A stretch of 59,532 nt of DNA, filler included, from Sphacelaria rigidula (GCA_964200075.2; 7 parts of 7 records of this genome joined end to end with filler, not necessarily neighbours in it); one strand, 5' to 3'; counted from the first letter of the whole stretch, positions 1 through 13,700 are shown. The notes: generated by a model not told the origin, from the sequence alone. Translations and numbers: made by a program.

Positions 1-323
1 AAGCATGTGTCTGTTTTAGTCTCACTGGCTGTTCACGCGGCCCGTCTGTCACGGTCCGCAACAAATTCGTCGCCCCCCCCCCCCCCCCCCCCCCCTCTCC
101 CCCCCGCGCGCCATAGAGGGTAGGAACGGTGCTCCGTCTCGCAAGGGATGAAGGGCCAATGATCAAATGAGTACGAGTAAGGCAAGCAACAAAATCCCCC
201 CTCCCCCATACGCGCAATGGTCAAACGACTGAGCCAATCAACAAATGAGTACGCTCCCCCCCCATACGCGCGCGCCCCCACACGCGCTCGCTCGCTCGCT
301 ACCGTCTCCTTGAATATTTTCAG

Positions 324-3300
324 ATGTGCGACACCAGAAGCAACAGCGCCTCATCGTGCGAAACCTGAACTTCAACGCAAAAGAAGAGGACCTTGCCATG
401 GCGTTCTGCGATTTTGGCCCTCTCAACGAGGTGAGGGGAAAATAATTATGATTTCGAAATTTCGCAGACTACTGTGCAGTCAATGCAATTTCGTCGCTGT
501 GTGTTGACTGATTGTGCGCACGAAGTACTTACCCTTCTGTAAAACGAAATGAATCCCGCTGTCGACAGTTTCACCGTCTGACTTCGCGCAAGCGGTGACT
601 TCGTGCAAGCGTCACGAGTACTGCATGCCAACTCGTGTGTAGCAGTGTCGTACTGGGTATGTGTGTGTTTTTTTAGCAATCAAAATGAGCACAGCTGCGT
701 CACGCGAAGATTTATGGGATCAAGTCGCGCTCGACAGTTGAGTAGTGGTTGGGTGTTTATGAAAACGTCATCACGAACGTCACCACGAATGCAGCCACAT
801 GGTCGACAACTATTTCACGATTTGAGAGCGAGCCAACGTTCAAGGTTCTCCAACGTGTGTGTGGAGCAGGGTCACGCAGTAGTTTCTTCAGCACACGCAG
901 AAACCAAGTCGTATTAGCAAGCAGCGCTCGGCGATGTGAATGTTGGAGTTCTCGTACGCATACGTTCCGTAGCGTGAACACGTTTAGTTGGATTATTTAG
1001 GTGGCAGGGAGGTCGGTCCTCTTTGAGAGCGTGAACATGCGCGATACGTCTTGTTTTTGTTTTGTACTGTTATGTGCAGAAATAATAAGAATAATGAAAA
1101 TAATAAGATGAGAAGAAGAATGATGATAGTCATGATGATCATGTTAACCCTTTTGGAACCGTTGATAAAAAAGTGACGATTTACAACTGACGTTTTTTTG
1201 GCCAGGATATGGTTGTTTTTATGCAAGTGTTGATGGTGCAGCCCACCAGATCGGTGCACTACTCTTCGGTCAAGTATGCTAATGTGACAGACTCGTGCAC
1301 CGAACTCGAAGTGACGTCTTCCCGGTGACGAAAGCTCGCATATGGGAGTTTGAAAAGTCGTCACGTTCCCATCAGCGGTTCCAAAAGGGCTGATGATACT
1401 GATACTGATCATGATTATGATTATGATTATGATGATAACGATAATGATGGTGATGGTGATGATTATGATTATGATTATGATTATGATGATAACGATAATA
1501 TCGATGATAACGATGATAATGATAATGATAGTGACAATGATAATGAAAATGATAATGATAATGATAATGATACTGATACTGATACTGATACTGATACTGA
1601 TACTGATACTGATACTGATACTGATACTGATACTGATACTGATACTGATAATGATAATGATAATGATAATGATACTGATACTGATACTGATACTGATACT
1701 GATACTGATGGTGATTGTGGGGGTGGTGGTGATGAGCCCTGGCTGTTCAGGTGGCAGGAGGTCCTCGCTGAGGGGGAGGGGTGTACTCATTTGTTGCTTG
1801 CCTCAGTCGTCTGACCATTGACCACGTATCCCTTTGGGCCCTCGCTGAGGGTGTTCACATGCGCGATACGTCTTTCTTGTTTTGTTTATGAGCTGGGCCA
1901 GCAGTAAATCCCGAACTCACTTTCCACACCACAACTTCTGAAGTTTTCCAAATCAGCGCGACTTGAGCATATCGCTTTGAAGTGCAAACCAACCTGGTAA
2001 CACATGGCACCGCCGCTGAACGACAGAAAAAAAAAAAAAAGTATGTACTGCATAATATATAACCTCGACTACGGACGAAAAATAAAAAAAAATGTCGGGA
2101 TTCCAACTCGTGACGTCCGTAATTGGAGTCTCCTGTATCACTTGAATTCGAGGGGCGCGGCCGTGTCACACGAAAAGTGCGATGTCGCGCCCAAGTTTAG
2201 GTACTTTTGGCCGAAACCCTACCAGACAGCCGCTGACGCGAGTGTGTGTTGGAGCGTTGTCGTCGTTTTTATCCAATTTTAAGGAAGTTATGGCATTTTT
2301 CCTTCTTTTGCTGAAACTTCAACTCGCTCTAATCTCCATTTTTTTTCTCTCTCTGCACCCCCAATCGGGTTGCGCGGGTTGACAATAAAAAATGTCGTGT
2401 CAAAATTTAAGCGCCCAACTCTTCGAATTACCAATGGCATCTCCACTCTTCGTTCAAAAACCACTGCAGCTGGCCCAGCTCGTGTAATGTACGGAAATGA
2501 TAGGAATAGTAAGAATGATAATAATAATGATGAGAGGAAGGATCGTAATGATACTAATGATGATGGTGATGATGGTATATTTTTATAGTAATAAACACCA
2601 AACGCAAACGAGCGGTCTTCACGCGGGCTCCAGTTTTGCGAGAAAGATCCAGGTCTCCATTGGGTTCATATATTGGACTAGCAACATTTGTGGTGTTTGT
2701 ATGGTGCGATTTTTGCGACATCCTGGGTCCGCGTTCTAAGTGCTTAAGCTTACCCTTCCACCTTTTATGTTAATTTCCTTCATTTTTACTCTTACATCTC
2801 GTCATTCTGTGACGACATATATGTATGTTTGCGACGCGCGATACATTGCTATTTAATTAACTCGAAGCGCAAGTCCTTTTCCCACTATAGTACTATCAAC
2901 GCTGCGTATTGCCCCATGTCCGCCAAAATGCCCCTCCCCCCCCCCTTCCCACCTTGGGAAAAATAATGAATAGAAGGAAAACGAAAAAAGGTCGAGATAT
3001 AACGTACAGTCCGTTTTTCATGCAGTACGTATCAACCGATTCCAGGTGGAGGTTGTTCGCAGTCTTCTTTCAAAGGGTACACGTTCGTTTTGTACAGGTT
3101 TAATTGTGCTTTTTGTACGTGCATTACATTTCCTGCTCCCCCCCCCCCCCCCCCCCACCCCCCCCCATCCCCCACTCCCCTCCCCTTTCAACACCACACC
3201 GCCGTCCTCCAAACCCCNNNNNNNNNNCGTTCTTTTTTTACAGTTTTTTGTGTCCTTTTTGTTGCGCCCCTTCATTTCCCCCCCCCCCCCCCCCCCCCCC

Positions 3301-6300
3301 CATCTCTCCCCCCGTTCCTTAGGTGCACATCCCAACCGTGAAGGTCACTTCTCAGAGGAGAGTGCGCGGCTCAGACGAACAAGAGACAGTTACCGAAAAC
3401 AGGAGTCGCGGCTTTGGCTTCGTGCAGTTCTTGTGCCCCAAGGACGCTGCGCGCGTTGTGAAGGTATTGTGCGAGAAGCTGAACACGAGTGCGAAGATGC
3501 TGCTACGAGAACATGAATGCCAACTTATCGTGGTTTATATGTATATATGTGGGACACTTTTTACGATAGCCCCCTCCCCACATCATGCGATTCGCCGAAC
3601 ACACCACGGCACTTCACGCTTGGTGATTGATTGCGAGCCTGGTCCGACGAAAACCCGGCGTGCTCCGTCCCGGCTTTCTAGGGATGCGAGGTCAATGGTC
3701 TTATGACTGTGGCATACATGATCATGAGTACCCCCCCGGGTGCTCCGTCTCGAAAGGGATGCGTGGTCAATGGTCAAATGACTAAGGCAAGCAACAAATG
3801 AGTACGCCCCCCCCAAAAAAAAAAAAAAAAGTGCCTGGTTTGGGGGGCAAAATCTTCACGTAAATCGAAGTGGAAAAAGCCGAGCACAACGAGCAGCTGG
3901 GAATTCCCACGCTTGGGTTCGTTCTCGCCGATGTTGCCCATATGAGGCGCTTCACGCACCCTGAACCCAAACATCAGGCGCTGTATGACCATTTTTTCGA
4001 GACACTTTTGGGTTGGTTTTGGGGGAGGACTACCGTAGAAACTGTCGTGTGTGTGTGTATGTGTGTGTGTGTTTCCACTTGGCTTGTATATTTTCTGGAG
4101 TACATCTACCCTACTGTATGTAGTCGACGAGGGTTTTGCATTTGTTCACCTTGGGCGGTACGTATGCCTATTTTGTGACTATGGCGGAGTTTGTCGCGAG
4201 TATCAGCTAGTTGATGAACGTGAGACAAATGATATCTCAATCAACCAATCAAGGGATCATGAAAAGAAAAGAATCACCTGGTCCTACCGCCCGACGGAAG
4301 TTATCATTATGGGAAATGACCAATTTTAATTTACAACCGTCGTCCCCCCGGTTGCTGGCCGCAGGATCACGGAGTGCTCAAAATCTGCGGGCGGGACGCG
4401 GCCGTGGACTACTCCATCACTAAGGAAAAATATGACACCATGCGTCAGCAACAAAAGATCCAAGCGCCACCGGATCAAGCCGAGAACAAAAGCAAAGACA
4501 AGAACAAGAACAGTAACAACGCTGATAGCAGCGGGGAGGACGAATCAGTGGAGGATGACGATGACGATGATGATGACGAGGAGGGAGGGGAGGGTAGAGT
4601 AAAAAAATCGGGCACCTCCGAGTCTGGCATGGATGACGATGACGACGACGATGATAACGATGATGATGATGGGGATGATGAAGCGGAGGAAGGGGGACCC
4701 GATGCGGGGGCGGGGCTAGGGCGAACCCCGAGGGCGGCGGCAGCGAAAAAAAAGGCCCCGGACGTTCAGCACGGGTGCACTGTGTTCGTGCGCAATGTAG
4801 CGTTCGATTGCGGAGAAGATGAGGTCCGCGAGAGGTTCGGGGAGTTCGGCAGTGTGAAACTGGCGCTGTTAGTGAAGGATCGCGCTACTGGGATGCCCAG
4901 AGGGACGGCGTTCGTTAAGGTGCGTTAGCAGGGGTGGTGGGGGAGGGGATCCATGTTTCGGTAATTCAGGATATGTGTGTGCTTCTCGCTATTACGTTAC
5001 CGAAATATTGCGGGGGGGGGGGGGGGGTTAGGTGTACTCATGATGTTGCATGCAGCAAACAAATAATCACTTATCTCCCGACCCCACAAACCNNNNNNNN
5101 NNGGGTGGCGTGTGTAAGGTGGAGTGGTCATGGGAGGGGGGGGGGGGGGGTTAGGTGTACTCATGATGTTGCATGCCGTAATCAAATGATCACTGATCTC
5201 GCGTCCCTACAAAGCCGGGACAGAGCACGGCTGGCTTTCACCGGACCAGGCTCGCAATGAATCACCAAGCGCGAAGCGCCGTGATGTGTCCGGCTAGTCG
5301 CATGAAGTCAAGGCATCCCGCGGAGAGGGGAACGTAGGCATAGGGGGTCGAAGTGTTGACGTGATTGGTACTGCTACTGTATAAAAGATACAAGATATAT
5401 TGTGCAGAGAGAAGTATCCCCGACATGAAATTTCGCAGCCGGCCAGAAGTTTGATTCGTCCAATCTCAACACGAAATTTCGCAACCCAGGTGTGTACCGG
5501 TTTTTGATTTTTGGCTGAAGGGTAACGACGACGACGGCAGCAACAACGCCTATTTCCCAAAAGGAGGGTGGGGGCGGGGGGGCATGAGGGCTGATGGTTG
5601 GTTGGGTGGATGGTTGATGTGGATGGGCTTCATGTGCGCATGGTTTTACTTAGAGAGTAGATTGATGATTTACGGTGCACATTCGCGGGGAAAATAATCG
5701 TGGACATGAAGGGGGATGGATCGCGGGGACTACAAGTCGTTAGGTGCGAATCAAACGTTCACATCCAATCGTTCACGAGGCTGCCAGTTGGAGTGTACAA
5801 CATGCTGCACGCTCGAGCCCGATTCTGCGAAAATCTGTCGGTGAACTGACATGATGGTCTTGGGCCTGGTGCGCTGCATGTACTGGATCAGGACACACGA
5901 CTGCCAGTACTTTTATAATCGACATCGATGATGGTTTAGAGTACAGGGGTGATTGCTGAAAAGTTGACAGCCGAAAAAATCCAACCATCAATGAACAGGT
6001 TGGTTAGTGAACACACCACTTCCCGCAATGTCGGGTGAAGTCACTTACGTTGTGTTTTCTTGTCACGAACGATTCACGGAGCTTCGTAGATTCACTGAGC
6101 CTCGTAAATTCGAGGAGCTTCGTATATATTTTGTTGTTTCAGGTCACGATTTTACGGAGCTTTGTATATATTTTGTACCTTCATGTCATGATTCAAGGAG
6201 CTTCGTAGATTCGAGGTTCGACACACGGGCCATTAGAGGGCGAATATTTGGAAAGTGAACTTCCGTTCTTCGAATCCTCATCAAATATGAAGATGAATAT

Positions 6301-6582
6301 TATGAAAGAAATAGAACATGACTTGCTCTTGATGTGACAAAGGAACGGGCTGCATGGGGCGGCGTATTGAAGGTGACACTCCACGGAGTCCTGTAAATGA
6401 TGAGTGTTTCATTCCCCTGCAACTGATGGATGATGCAGTTCGGAATCAAGGAGGATGCTGATCGGTGTTTAGCGGGCGCCATGGGCGCAATGGACCCCGC
6501 CCACGCCAAGGACACGGGGGGCTCCTGCATCTATCTCGGCTCGAGGGCGCTGCACGTGACACGTGCTGTCGACAGGGAAGAG
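324..6582 (+). CDS. RBM28: Multi-RRM nucleolar RNA-binding protein (RBM28/Nop4-like), partial; exons 324-430, 3323-3463, 4365-4919, 6439-6582
   Basis: Four AG/GT-bounded exons join in phase. They give RLIVRNLNFNAKEEDL (RNP2) ... SRGFGFVQF (RNP1) ... GRDAAVDYS, a long D/E-rich linker, then TVFVRNVAF ... TGMPRGTAFVKF ... GSRALHVTRAVDREE. RRM-acidic linker-RRM with these motifs is the RBM28/Nop4 pattern. 5' and 3' exons were not found in this contig. Confidence 0.8.
1148..1389. mobile_element. piggyBac-like MITE (TTAA-CCC terminus)
   Basis: TTAA|CCCTTTTGGAACCGTTGAT at the left end and ATCAGCGGTTCCAAAAGGG at the right end form an inverted repeat. Related palindromic elements occur at about 18063-18183 and 26918-27057. 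Confidence 0.55.
1390..1733. repeat. Compound microsatellite (GATACT)n/(GATAAT)n/(GATTAT)n in an intron
   Basis: Directly visible hexamer and trimer repeats. They explain the spurious ISIS/DTDT/ILIL ORFs. Confidence 0.95.
1775..1839 (+). repeat. Short (~70 nt) dispersed G-tract-bounded repeat, here with a 12-bp flanking direct repeat
   Basis: The core GTACTCATTTGTTGCTTGCCTCAGTCGTCTGACCATTGACCACG recurs near 130-262(-), 3740-3812(-), 6975-7040(-), 54612-54772 (two copies) and 57155-57220. CCTCGCTGAGGG is duplicated at 1763-1774 and 1840-1851. Confidence 0.8.
1887..2486. mobile_element. Tc1/mariner-like non-autonomous element
   Basis: TIR TATGAGCTGGGCCAGC ... GCTGGCCCAGCTCGT(GTA). A similar left end occurs at about 15603, 28942 and 39394. 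Internal sequence CCAACxTGGTAACACAxGGCACCGCCGCTGAA is shared with 39440-39550. Confidence 0.55.
3553..4046. mobile_element. MITE (GACACTTT..TACGATAG TIR family) carrying nested G-tract repeats
   Basis: GACACTTTTTACGATAGCCCC ... GGACTACCGTAGAAACTGTC. Its 3810-4046 part matches 6596-6857 in reverse complement. Confidence 0.65.
6070..6217. repeat. Minisatellite with ~18-bp unit GATTCACGGAGCTTCGTA
   Basis: About five degenerate copies are visible. Confidence 0.7.
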
Positions 6583-6595
6583 GTGTGGCAATTTC

Positions 6596-6857
6596 GACAC
6601 TTTCTTCGATGCCCCCCCCCCCCCCCCAAAACCAGCCCAAAAGTGTCACGAAAACAATGGATTTACAGCGCCTAATGTTTGGGTTCAGGCTGCATGAAGC
6701 GCCTCATATTGGCGACATTGGCTAGAACGAACCCAAACGTGGGATTTCCCCTGCTCTGCTCGTTGTGCTCGGTTTTTCCCGTTTCGATTTACGTGAACAT
6801 TTTGCCTCCCAAAACCATGTACTTTTTTTGGGGGGGGGGGCTATCGTAGAAAGTGTC
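6596..6857. mobile_element. MITE with TIRs and 4-bp TSD (TTTC)
   Basis: TTTC|GACACTTTCTTCGATGCCCC ... GGGGCTATCGTAGAAAGTGTC|TTTC. A diverged copy lies at about 17070-17295. Confidence 0.75.
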
Positions 6858-8419
6858 TTTCATTTATTTTTTTCTCGCCGTGCTATTGACCACCCCTCCG
6901 AAAATATGTAATATCTTCTTGTGTGATACATGGACGAAAGGTAGTGAGCGCCCAAATGGTGATGTCTCTTTTAGGGGTAGGAAGGGATACGTGGTCAACG
7001 GCCAAATGACTAGGGCAAGCAACAAATGAGCACGCCCCCCCCCCCCCCCCCCCAAAAAAAAATCCTGTTTGCATCCCCCCACCCCCCACCCCCCTCACAA
7101 ACGACTAAAAGCGCATTTCGCTGACTGGTCTTTCGTTAGTGCAGAGAATGACGCGTATGACTAAGATCAACCAACATACGTTCACCGTCTCGAAAAAGTG
7201 TAGCCCATGCATACATGCAGTACTCCACCGGTCAATCGGTACTGCAATACAGCAGCGTAGGAAGGTGCTAGCGGAGCACAGTGTAGTACAGCACCGCACT
7301 GCACCGTACTGCTCAGGAGAGTAGTCCTACATCATAATAGGCCCATATGTATCTGATCCTGTCACCGCCGGACGTAACTCCCAGCTGGGAATCAGGGTAG
7401 CAACGACCCGTCTTGAGATTTGATCGCCAGCCACCAGTACGGTATAGTACACATGCGGAGATATGGATCAGTCAAATCCCTCTCGGCCCACCAGTTCATG
7501 TGCGCCACTTGCTGGCGGCTCGTGCCCCCAACTACCAAGGATGACGCTGCTGCCAGCCTTGGTTGAAGGGGTTAGGTGGGAGTTGCAGCCTCAGCCGCTT
7601 TAGCCGCCGTATACTCTCGGTTGACCTGATCTGCCAGCTGCTTGTTGGTGTTCGTAAATTGGATGATTTGGCTTTTGTGTCTAGGGGGGTGGTGAAGGTG
7701 GGGTTCTCGGTCACCGTTCTTGTTCCTAGTGATGGAAGATCGCACAAGAAAATACTAGAGAAATTTCTAATTCGGTAAGGATCCACATCACCCACACACA
7801 CAGTGTTATACGTTCGTGTCTTGTTCACCCGTTACTCCAAATTACTTGATTATTGTATAGGGGTGTTGCCCACGCGGCACGCGCTTTTCGTGTATGGATG
7901 AAGAAATAATGTCCTTTGTTTTTGGCTGCCAGGCGGTTGATCGCTCCGCCCTCTGCTGGTGTGATTGGTTCGGCACCACCGAAGAATAAAAATAAAAAAA
8001 ACGCCAACATTATATTGATGTGGTACTTGAACGGGGGTGGGGGCGCTTAAGGGTTGCTCTTGGCATTCGAGTATACTGCTCGGCTCAGATGATCACCTGA
8101 CTGTGTGTGTATGTATGAATGTATACAGTATGTATTTGTGCCCTACCCATATTGTACCCATGCTTAGTTATTATTCCTAATTTTGTTGGTTTGTTTTACG
8201 ATCTCCGATCCGCTCTCGTTAGTTTATTTAAGGATCAAATGTGTGTATTGTACATGTTCCCGTGTTCTGATATACTCCAGTAACTGTGTTCTATACAGTA
8301 TACATCATCTTTTTTTTCTTGTTTGGTGTCAATATTCACGTGCTTAACCCTTTTGGGACTGAAGCTCACTAACACCACGTTCACGACGTGGTGGTAAAAT
8401 AATAATAAACAAGTCTGGG

Positions 8420-8519
8420 NNNNNNNNNNNNNNNNNNNNNNNNNNNNNNNNNNNNNNNNNNNNTTAATTAATTAANNNNNNNNNNNNNNNNNNNNNNNNN
8501 NNNNNNNNNNNNNNNNNNN
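8420..8519. other. Artificial contig spacer (44 N + TTAATTAATTAA + 44 N); repeated at 16939-17038, 25458-25557, 33977-34076, 42496-42595, 51015-51114
   Basis: Identical 100-bp spacers with a six-frame stop linker. The flanking segments are all 8,419 bp (the last is 8,418). Confidence 0.97.
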
Positions 8520-9349
8520 CAGGACGTCACATCCTTAGCCTATCCCTGCCTTGCACTGATTTCGCGCTGTCCCATGCAGTTCGCCAGATCATGAACGCAG
8601 CCGCTTGTATCTGCGGCCAACGTGTACGCAGGATACGCGGCATCACTCCTCGCTAAGCGGTATATCGCTACCCTACATTTTGTAAAGCTGTGCGTGTTGC
8701 AGCTACAACGTGCGTTTACCCCAGGTGGTGCACGCAGGAGTAAAAGGCTGCCTCCGCCGCTGTCTTGGCTGCCTGTATCTTGGGCGAAGCTGTATGGTAA
8801 CACAGCCGCGGATGTTGCGCACACATTTACCGAAAGGTGAAGACCGGCGTCCAGAATAGATGGCACTACAACACACACAACACACTGTGCGCAGCACACT
8901 TTCACAATCGTGCGTACCGCCTATAAAAACCTTTGTCCAGTCTGGTACAGTTCCACAAATAATGCAGGGTCTCGTGCATTTCCACGTACAGTGCAGGGTC
9001 TGGCACATCAACACATGTAAATGCATGTAATGATACTCAGTGATATCGTGAAAAACCTCCGCAACATCTGGGCGAACTGCAGGTGAGGCAATCGCCGGAA
9101 TACTCACCTGCAAACGCTGCTCCAGTGCACTGTAAAGTGATATCGCTAGAAGGATACTACCATGACCACCTTGCCGGCTGCCAGACTGTAAGGGCGTAGG
9201 ATCCGCTAGCATTGATACTGTCTGTACAGAAATGTTGCCCCCATGTCGGGTACGTCGGGGCGTGGCAGAACGCAGTGGTAGTGTCAAGCAGCTGCACGCT
9301 GGGCGTCCTCACTCAAGATTTCGACTTGGAGGATGATACCTGGCTCTGT

Positions 9350-9773
9350 CTTTTTGTCTCTTGTATTGCTTTCTTCACGTTTTTTTCTTCTATTTTTCTT
9401 TCCTTTCATTCATTTTTCTCTCTTCTTTTCTGATCATGAGCTGGAGTGTTGCAATCAGCTACGTAATGCGATATAATCATCTCATTGTATTGTTTTTGTT
9501 TGCGTTGTTAATGTGTTTGTTTGTTATTGTTACTGTTGTTATTGCTCTTGTCGTTCGTTCTTGCTCTTGTTGTTTGTTGCTGCTGTTGGTGTTGTTATTG
9601 TTGTTGTTGCTACTTCCTTTGTTCATTTCTTTCTGAGGCCGTTGCTTCGGTCTTTTTCTGTTTATATCTTTCTTTTTCTTCTTTCATTATTCTGTGTTTT
9701 TCTGCTGCTCCTGACCACGGGCTGGATTATTGCAATCAGCTAACGTGAGAAAATCAATCAATCAATCAATCAA
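9350..9773 (+). repeat. LINE-3'-end-like repeat ending in (AATC)n
   Basis: T-rich body, then CTGACCACGGGCTGGATT...ATCAGCTAACGTGAGA-(AATC)n. It matches the reverse complement of 32125-32460, which lies 3' of the RTE ORF. Confidence 0.65.
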
Positions 9774-10699
9774 CTAGGTAGGCAGCAGCAACTGCTGCGT
9801 CTCCAGGTGCCCCTTCGAGCAAGACGCGTTTGGTTTCTGTTTGACAAAGTTTTCCCCCCAAAACGAAAATCAACAGGGGTTCTAGGGTGGAAAAATCTAG
9901 CAAGAAAAAAGTCGCAAAAATCGAGTCGCAAAGAACCAGTGAGCCGAATTTCACCCGGAGCAGAAACCAAATGCACTTGGTGAAATTGGAAACTCCGGAC
10001 AAAAAACCACGGGCAGATTCCAAAAGCTATTCAAATCCGGTGGCAGAATCGCCATCTGAAAAGTGAACCCTTGGAATACGCGAACAAGATTTTCCAACTG
10101 TTGAGCATTAAGGGACGAGGAATCGGGGAAAATCTCCATAGATTTCTCCGCCTGGGAACAGGGCTTTCAACAGTCGCACCAAATTTCGGAACGATTACCT
10201 CTACCCCGAGACGAGTCTACCTGTGTGGTGTGGGGCAGAACAAAGGAATTGTCCTAGACTGACCATAGTGTACTGCATTTTATTCACGTGCGCAGTCGTA
10301 CAGAGTGCAGTACAGCATGCAGGTATTCAGAAATGAACGATGCAGCGTAGAGCTATAGATAACAGACTGCAGTGCCCCAGGCGCAAGTTTAACACATATA
10401 GGGTCTTACACGAATAATCAATGTTCTTCAGGAGGAGCATCACCTCTCTAGTCGAGTTGGTGACCATGCGAGTGCTTTGTTGGTTTCAGAATGCACATAC
10501 CTGGCCCACGCGGTATTCAAGTGATGTAAGGTAGTATATATATACTGTATCTCTCTGGTTCACTGGTGTATACTAAACTCTAGTAGTGCATGGAGTAAAA
10601 TGAAATCAAGTAGTCAGCTGTTACTATTGTAGTACATACGACCCGTACGTGCTGTACTGCATGACGGGCTGGGAGAGGTGGAGGGTTTGATGCGACATG

Positions 10700-10733
<34 letters not shown>

Positions 10734-13700
10734 CGGATTCCCTCCCTGGACGGGCAAGCAGGGAAGGGGGGGGGGGGGGGAAAGGGNNNNNNNNNNGGGG
10801 TGGGGGGGGGGGTGGGGGGGGGGGGGGGGGGCGGGGGGGGGTGCGGTGTGGGTGGGGGGTGCATGAGGTCAGTCGCGATTCCATCACTCGACGGTCACGA
10901 TGATGTAAAGTGGCTGGATTTGATCGAGAGCTCGTAGCTGCAGACAAAACCCCTAGTATAACTTCATGGCTTGGCTTTCGATGTCGGAGACGGTATTCGC
11001 TGGTTTTGGGGTACCTTCATTGGGTTATGCGAGGTAGTCTCATCCCCTTCCACAGTTCAAGTCGCCGTTGCTCACTTTTGTCGTGCGTGTGCCAAGGCCA
11101 CAGGAAGACAAAATCTCCAACACGGTATTGCTCCACGGCGCTGATAAGCCTTACCTCTTCGCCCCCCAACAACTACTCCCATGGAAAGCACTACTCCGGG
11201 ATATGATTTGCTGCTGCGGGTCTCAGAGGCAAATCCTTAATGCTGCTGATGCTAACGATTGTCAACGACATCGAGTAGAGCCGCTGCTGGACGCACATCC
11301 ACTTTCAACTCGAAATCCGCATTTCATAGAGAGGACGCACGGCAGCTCGCTCGCACACACGTCCAAACAAGTCATTAGCACAACGAGAACGAACCATCGT
11401 ACTCCGTACATAGGCGTGTGAACAGCCGGGATGACGAGCAGCGTCCTTTCGACCAATGTTGTGCCGCGGGAGCAAGGGCAATGGAGGAATAGCGCTTTTC
11501 GGGCGTGGTAACTGGTTGTGCTGCGGTGCTGGAGTTACAGCCCTTCACGCGAAGCAGATCAAGATATGCGCCAGTGCCGCCCAAGATACTGCCACAAGAA
11601 ATCGGGCGGTCAACAATTGTAAATGAATATTAAATGAGGTCTTACGTGGCCTTACTTGATCAGGCTTCATTTCAAGGGCTCTCGCTACAGGCTGATTCAC
11701 GCTCATCAACCTAGAAACGCTCATCTACAAAACTTCATGCGGCTTGTAGGAGTTAGACCCTGAAGTTTTGCACAAAATTGATATGGGTCATTACGCAACT
11801 TTCAAAGGTCGAGGTTTTCCTTCACTTGTTGGACTCTTTTACCGTTTTTCGGGGACCCCAGGGTTTGGGGGGAAGCTTGGATCCCGTAGGACGCCCGAAG
11901 AACTACAAAAGAGTCAAAAAGTAATGAAATACGTCCATCGAAAGTTGCGTCATGACCCATGGCACATTTGTACGCAGCTTCACGGTCGAACTCCTAAAAC
12001 CGGCGTGGAGTTTTGCGCGCTTATGTGATGACATGAGGTTGAAATGCGCACGTTGTTGACTACTTGGTTTTGGTTTGAAAACGTCTGTTTTGGGTGAATT
12101 AAACGTTATGGCGAGTAAAACTGTACGAATTACTCGACCAAACTTCGCACATATGTTCCTTCGACTACCCCGGGATTCATCACTGTATTTTATTCATTTC
12201 AAGGGATTCTGTACCGCCTTCCAGGGGTCTTCTTCACACTGGGACCGCCGTAAGCCGGAAGAGAACGGAAAAACTTTGCAATGTTGGCAAGAATACAATT
12301 TTCTCATTTGGAGCATCAATAATCACGAAAGTGCCAAGTTTGAGGGCGATCTGAGATTTTCTACGACAGATATGAGAGATATCGTCACGAGGCTCCCTAG
12401 GTCTTTCGTCAGTATCATCAGTGGAAATTAAAACGCAAAAACCCGCAACGCCGAACAATATGGTTTTGCATATGATTTTTGCATCTCGTAGTAGCCGTTT
12501 TCGAACCTGTTTTTCCCGTCGGTCCCCGAGCTGATGGCGGTTACCACGATCTGAAGCATGATCTGAAGCATTTGGCGATAGAGTAAAAATTGGGCTTGGA
12601 ACGTATGTTCGATTTCAGACCAATTTAACGGGCGCTGATTTGTCGAGGAACATCTTCGCCCTCAGCGCCACCACGATGGCCTAAACCCTTAGACAGCGAG
12701 CGTCGCCTCGGAATAGTTTTACAGGCTGACAGTCTGGAGACATTCGGGGGTTTCCAAGGGGCGGGGGGGGGTGATTTTTTAGGGGAGGGGGGGTGTCTGT
12801 CCGTAGAGCAGCCGGAAAGCTCACAAAGCTAACTATGTGTGTTCAGAAGTTTTCTACGGAAGATCCCAAGCCAGGAACGAGGCCTAAGAATCGCGGAATG
12901 ACCATTCTGACCAAATCGCGGCTGTCAAAATGATCACTTTGTTTCCCTACAGGTGGACTACAGATGGACGACGTCGCTGCCTAACCGTATTTTTGATTTT
13001 GATTACGGCACTTCAATCATAGATAAAAATGGACACAAACGAAGTGCTCTTCACTCTGCTCGTGGTATATGCCGCCCGCCTGACCCCTCATGTATTGCCG
13101 GCATAGCTTCGCACCGTCTGTAGTGTTGTTGTGGAACACTAAGCAGACACATCAGCAGCGTGCATTAGGCTGTGTTCAGTGGGGAGCGATGGCACGTTTT
13201 CTGTCTCTTGCCGTTGTATCCAGCACATAAATCAGCATAAATACTGACTGCACGCAGTTGACTGCAGGGTCAAAACTGGTGAGGGGTTCTCCGGGACTAG
13301 TTTCTATACAGATGCTGAATATCCACATGTTCATGAAAAATGCGTTTCGTCTAGCGAGAAACGAGCTACTGTATTCTGAACCCAAAATGTGGCATATTCC
13401 AACTCAGCCCACCTGCTGGGGGGTTGCTGTCTGAGCGTAAAACACAAATCCGGCTATGTCGCTCTTCAGCTGTCCATGGCGGACAGTATGATATCATACA
13501 CGTAGCCAATGGGTACGTATCGCGAAAGGCATTCGCTGATGACACGATTTTGGGTGATAGCGTGAACCAGCTTGTAGATAGAACCCATGTCAATGGTCGA
13601 CTGTGCGCCCCCTATCGTGGTGGAAGTCCCGCTACATCTTTGGCAAGGCCATGCAAGGGTTATAAACCAAGGTACCCAGTTTCCGCCAAAACATTTTGTT

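Noticed and set aside
993-1821. Long ORFs rich in IS, DT or IL/IM dipeptides
   Set aside because: They are translations of an intronic hexamer microsatellite with no coding signal.
9350-9748. Hydrophobic membrane-protein-like ORFs (also 27006-27554, 28130-28597, 32147-32786)
   Set aside because: They are T-rich low-complexity bodies of the LINE-3'-like repeat.
10660-10870. Proline/glycine-rich ORFs (also 3046-3341)
   Set aside because: They come from G/C homopolymer runs around 10-N gaps, where the sequence is unreliable.
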